From assembly GCF_039654945.1 (NCBI RefSeq), contig NW_027361722.1, positions 4,712,001 through 4,776,000 on the forward strand: a stretch of 64,000 bases of DNA, given 5' to 3'. Positions 59,278 through 64,000 of this stretch are shown here, piece after piece. Source of the DNA: Dendrobates tinctorius (Eukaryota). The notes under the pieces are model-generated. The model ran no database searches. It was given only the letters and a program-made list of their open reading frames with translations, and was not told where the DNA came from. Position 1 is the stretch's first letter. Each line of letters begins with the position of its first letter. Made by a program: the position numbers and the translations under genes.

Positions 59278-61671
59278 TTAAGATATTTCTTGGCCCAGTC
59301 TTGACGTTTTATGTTATGTTTCTTGTTCAAAGGTGGTCGTTTTTTATCCTTCCTTACCTTGCCCATGTCCCTGAGTATGGCACACCTTGTGCTTTTTGAT
59401 ACTCCAGTAACGTTGCAGCTATGAAATATGGCAAAACTGGTGGCAAATGGCATCTTGGCAGCTTCACGCTTAATTTTCCTCAATTCATGGACAGCTATTT
59501 TGCGCCTTTTTTTTATCAACACGCTTCTTGTGACCCTGTTGGATATTTGCTTGATTGTTCAGTGATCACGCTTCAAAAGTCTGGCAATTTCAAGACTGCT
59601 GCATCCCTCTGCAAGACATCTCACAATTTTTGACTTTTCAGAGTCCGTCAAATCTCTTTTCTGACCCATTTTGCCAAAGGAAAGAAAATTGCCTAATAAT
59701 TAAGCACACCTTATAAAGGGTGTTGATGTCATTAGACCACACCCCTCCTCATTACAGAGATGCAAATCACCTGATTTACATAATTGGTAGTTGGCTTTCA
59801 AGCCTATACAGCTTGGAGTAGGACAACATGTATAAAAAGGATGACGTGATCAAAATACTCATTTTCCTAATAATTCTGCACACGGTGTATTGTGAGACTA
59901 TCACTGTGTGTGTGGGAATGTACTGTGAGGACATCATACTGTGTGTGGGGGGAATGTACTGTGGGGACATCATACTGTGTGGGGGGATGTACTGTGAGGA
60001 CATCATACTGTGTGGGGGGATGTACTGTGAGGAAATCATACTGTGTGTGGGGAATGTACTGTGGGGACATCATACTATGTGTGGAGGGAATGTACTGTGA
60101 GGACATCATACTGTGTGAGGGAATGTACTGTGGGGACATCATACTGTGTGTGGGGGGAATGTACTGTGGGAACATCATACTGTGTGTGGGGGGAATGTAC
60201 TGTGGGGACATCATACTGTGTGTGGGGGAATGTACTGTGGAGACATCATACTGTGTGTGGGGGGAATGTACTGTGGGGACATCATACTATGTGTGGAGGC
60301 AATGTACTGTGTGGACATCATACTGTGTGGGGGAATGTACTGTGAGGACATCATACTGTGTGTGGGGGAATGTACTGTGAGGACATCATACTGTGTGTGG
60401 GGGAATGTACTGTGGGGACATCTTACTGTGTGTGGGGGGAATGTACTGTGGGGACATCATACTATGTGTGGAGGGAATGTACTGTGGGGACGTAATACTG
60501 AGTGTGTGGGAATGTACTGTGAGGACATCATACTGTGTGGGGGGGAATGTACTGTGGGGACATCATACTGTGTGTGGGGGGAATGTACTGTGGGGACATC
60601 AAACTATGTGTGGAGGGAATGTACTGTGAGGACATCATACTGTCTGTGGGGGAATGTACTGTGGGGATATCATACTGTGTGTAGGGGAATGTACTGTGGG
60701 AACATCATACTGTGTGTGGGGGAATGTACGGTGAGGACATCATACTGTGTGTGGAGGAATGTACTGTGGGGATATCATACTGTGTGTAGGGGAATGTACT
60801 GTGGGAACATCATACTGTGTGTGTGGGGAATGTACTGTGGAGACATCATACTGTGTGTGGGGGGAATGTACTCTGGGACCATCATACTGTGTGTGGGGGA
60901 ATGTACTGTGGGGACATCATACTGTGTGTGGGGGAATGTACTGTGTGGACATCATACTGTGTGTGTGGGAATGTACTGTGAGGACATCATACTGTGTGCG
61001 GGAGGAATGTACTGTAAGGACATCATACTGTGTGTGGGGGGAATGTACTGTAAGGACATCATACTGTGTGTGGGGGAATGTACTGTGAGGACATCATACT
61101 GTGTGTGGGAGGAATGTACTGTGGGGACATCATATTGTGTGTGGGGGAATGTACTGTGAGGACATCATACTGTGTGTAGGGGAATGTACTGTGGGACATC
61201 ATACTGTGTGTGGGGGAATGTACTGTGAGGACATCATACTGTGTGCGGGGAAATGTGCTGTGGAAACATCATACTGTGTGTGGAGGAATGTACTGTGAGG
61301 ACATCATACTGTGTGTGGGGGGAATGTACAGTGAGGACATCATACTGTGTGTGGGGGAATGTACTGTGAGGACATCATACTGTGTGTAGGGGAATGTACT
61401 GTGGGGACATCATACTGTGTGTGGGGGAATGTGCTGTGGAAACATCATACTGTGTGTGGGGGTGTGAAGGGTTAATACTAAAATCAGAGCTGAAGTTTCA
61501 CTTTTCCATTTTTCCTGAAGGTTTCATTTCTCCGATTTTATTGCTATAAGATAAATTTTGTAATTAGGTAAAAGTTCAAACAGTCATGAAAGCAGACTGT
61601 TCCCATCAGGTGCAAGATAAGGGAGGCGGGGGTGTAGAACTCTTAAGAATATGCCATTTGGATACGGACAT

Positions 61672-64000
61672 TGTAACGGGGTCTACCAAGCTGGAGTACC
61701 TCTTTCAGTACCACCCCGTGTTTTCGGAGGTCCGCTCTGCGTTGGCTGGAGTCTGAATGAATGACGCTAGCTGGAATTCCTTGGTTACATTGGCACATAT
61801 AAAAGATCACTGCTTCTCCACGTATTTCCAGTCTGACAACACTTTACTCACAGGACACAGAATATATCACACGGATACAGAGGGCCGGCCAATAGAAAAG
61901 CGGCAGGCCAGACATGCATTACAAAAGCCGCAGGTGGCCGGAGCTTGCCGATGTTTACTGTGGGAATTACAAAGGTGGGGGGAGGGCGGACAAAAGGAGA
62001 ATATCGTGTCCCCTCTGCCCAGGGGCGCAGCGTGTGGGCTGATGCATTAGGGACATGCATCTCACATAGAACCTATTATACATACATATAACTGCACAAC
62101 ATATTCTGGGTGCTGAGTGGTTCTGTAGTACGTAACAGACATATATGCATTTTCCGGTTTTCTTGCAATATTATTGGCTTATAAAGTGAAATGATGTTAT
62201 TGGCAGTTGAGAACTTTGCATAATTAAGCAAAATGTTATAAAAGAAGTGACTAAAATAAAGGGGCTTGGTGATCTGTCTCGATCCTCCCATACAGAGACC
62301 CCCGTCTCCGTGTGGTCATTTGAGTTGCTAGCAACACTCTGTGGAATAATTTGGACATCACTGGCTCAACCGTGAAGGGTTAATTTAGCCCTCCCTCAAT
62401 AGCTACCCCGACAGCTGGCCTCCCAACGTGGGGCCCCCGAATAGGGACGCCTCTGCCCCCAGAGGACAACAAGACAAAGGACCCTCAGAGTGGACACAGG
62501 TGCTGGAAAATTGGGACTGATCATCCCCCACAACAACCACGGTAAGTTGGCAGTTATACAGACTGACCGTTGGTGTGGTTTTCCTGTGCTTGTTGCTGCA
62601 AAGAGGATCTGAGGTTTGTCCCTGTGGTGGGGTGATTCATGGGTGGAATCATATAGAGGTGTAGTCCCGTTGGGGGCCCAGTGCTCGAACCGTACCTCAT
62701 AAGGGATGGACACCCCGGATTGACCAGTGATTGTGGCTCTCTTTATAGTCAAAATATCCTGAAATCCTGTTAGTCAGGCATGGTGACGTGATCGAAGACT
62801 GGGTAGGATACGTAACTCAGGTATATATAGATAGATATATATAACCAGAGGTGTCCAGAGGGATAGTCTGAGACATCCTCCTCCTTTCACTGAGTACCGC
62901 GTTGAATTTTAGGCAATCCCAGAGGGGGATTATTGACCCTGTGGAACAGACTGATATGGCCGCTCCAGATCTGTGCACAACTGAAGTAAGGATATTTAGG
63001 TCTAAATGAGAGAATCCGTGGAAGGAAAATAATTTTGTGACATGGCACATGAATTGTGTGACAAAACTGTTAGCAAGAACAGAGAAAGTGAATTCTGATT
63101 GTTTCTGTTACTGCTATGTTGAAGAAGGAAAAATTGTCTATTATTATGGCAAGGACTGGATGTATTGTGGTTCAAGAAAGTGACTGTGGTGTGAGAAAGT
63201 GATTAAAGAAGGAACCGAGATAGAGACTAATGTGTCAGGCAGATAAATAGTTAAAAGTGATTATTTGAAAGAAGAGGTCTCCCTGCTAGATGACAATTGT
63301 ACAAGGAGACCGGGAGTAGCAGCCCCCACCTTTGCTGACGGTACCTATTATCATCAGCCGCCAGCCTTAGTAGTGGTTCACCAGATCCAGAGGAAAAAAA
63401 AGAAACAAGTTTTCAGAAGACTTTAACCAGCTCTGTATCAGCAGGGAAAGAAAAAAAAAGCCAGCTAGCAACTGCAGCTGCTCCAGTTCTCACTCCAATC
63501 CCAGCTCCCCCTCCCACATCGCCCCCACCACAGCTCGTTCACACACAGCAAACCCCAGCCCCTCCCTGCTAATTCTCGTCAGCAATACTAGCGCTGTGCC
63601 CGATTCGGACACTTTCAGAGAGATTGTCATACAGGCCGCTGTTTTAATCGGAGTAGATGGCAGACTCAATTAATATACTTTTATAAACCCCATAAAACCC
63701 TTCCCCGAGGTTACTATTCAGTTTGTAATCTCTCCCACATGTCCAGTAAATTTACTAGGGGCAGATTTATTATCACAGTTCCGCTCCAGAATATAAATCC
63801 AAGATGATGGTCAGATGGCTCTTACGTTATATAATCCCTATGTAGATGAAGACAGTGAGGAAATCTGTATTTTTCATGCCTTTCCCACAGATGCCACAAG
63901 GGGCCCAAAACAGTCCCAACCAGTTTGCAAGAAAAAAAAAAAAATATGAACGAGTGTCTTTTGCCATTGCTGCCATTGTTAGCCTCCTCAAGCATCTGAC
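61672..64000 (+). mobile_element. Probable endogenous retrovirus 5' end (LTR, tRNA-Lys-like PBS, leader, decayed gag-like region)
   Basis: TGTAACGGGG...CCCCGACA (ends at 62413); TATAAAA about 62237 and AATAAA about 62255. PBS at 62416-62447; splice donor ACG|GTAAGT about 62541. The left boundary could be 61463. Confidence 0.5.

Larger units (their letters stand above)
52855..59887 (-). mobile_element. Tc1-like DD37E (TRT family) transposon, interrupted by DIRS and a MITE
   Basis: TIR CACYGTRTGCAGAATTATTAGG with TA TSD. WTDEMRVTLDGPDGW; QDNAPSH...SPDLNSIE gives D-37aa-E once the DIRS is removed. Confidence 0.88.
46595..61462. repeat. 35-bp G-rich minisatellite in three segments (46595-47427, 51135-52854, 59888-61462) split by TE insertions
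   Basis: Unit actgtggggacatcatactgtgtgtgggggaatgt. Confidence 0.93.

Noticed and set aside
46542-61298. Cys/Gly-rich keratin-associated- or metallothionein-like ORFs
   Set aside because: 35-bp minisatellite with frequent frame-shifting unit length changes

Overview
Vertebrate genomic DNA, most likely a frog (inferred from the repeat families; probably neobatrachian). It carries the conserved CCDC191-QTRT2-TIGIT synteny block. Three spliced genes can be rebuilt with consistent GT-AG phases. CCDC191 is on the - strand (17 coding exons, about 896 aa) and lies head-to-head with QTRT2 on the + strand (8 coding exons, 413 aa) across a ZNF143-type bidirectional promoter. A 4-exon, 219-aa TIGIT-like IgV receptor follows on the + strand; the ORF track shows only part of it. 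DRD3, which lies between QTRT2 and TIGIT in human, is not recognisable here. The rest is minisatellites and transposons: Tc1/mariner elements (DD34E, DD36E, DD37E and a mariner relic), hAT and Harbinger-type MITEs, CR1 and RTE fragments, a DIRS1 element, a young non-autonomous LTR element with a self-priming PBS, an ERV 5' end, and a Penelope-like foldback insertion with a hammerhead-like motif in its loop. Most long ORFs in the track are stop-free minisatellite artefacts. Gene and family names come from recalled homology, not from database searches.
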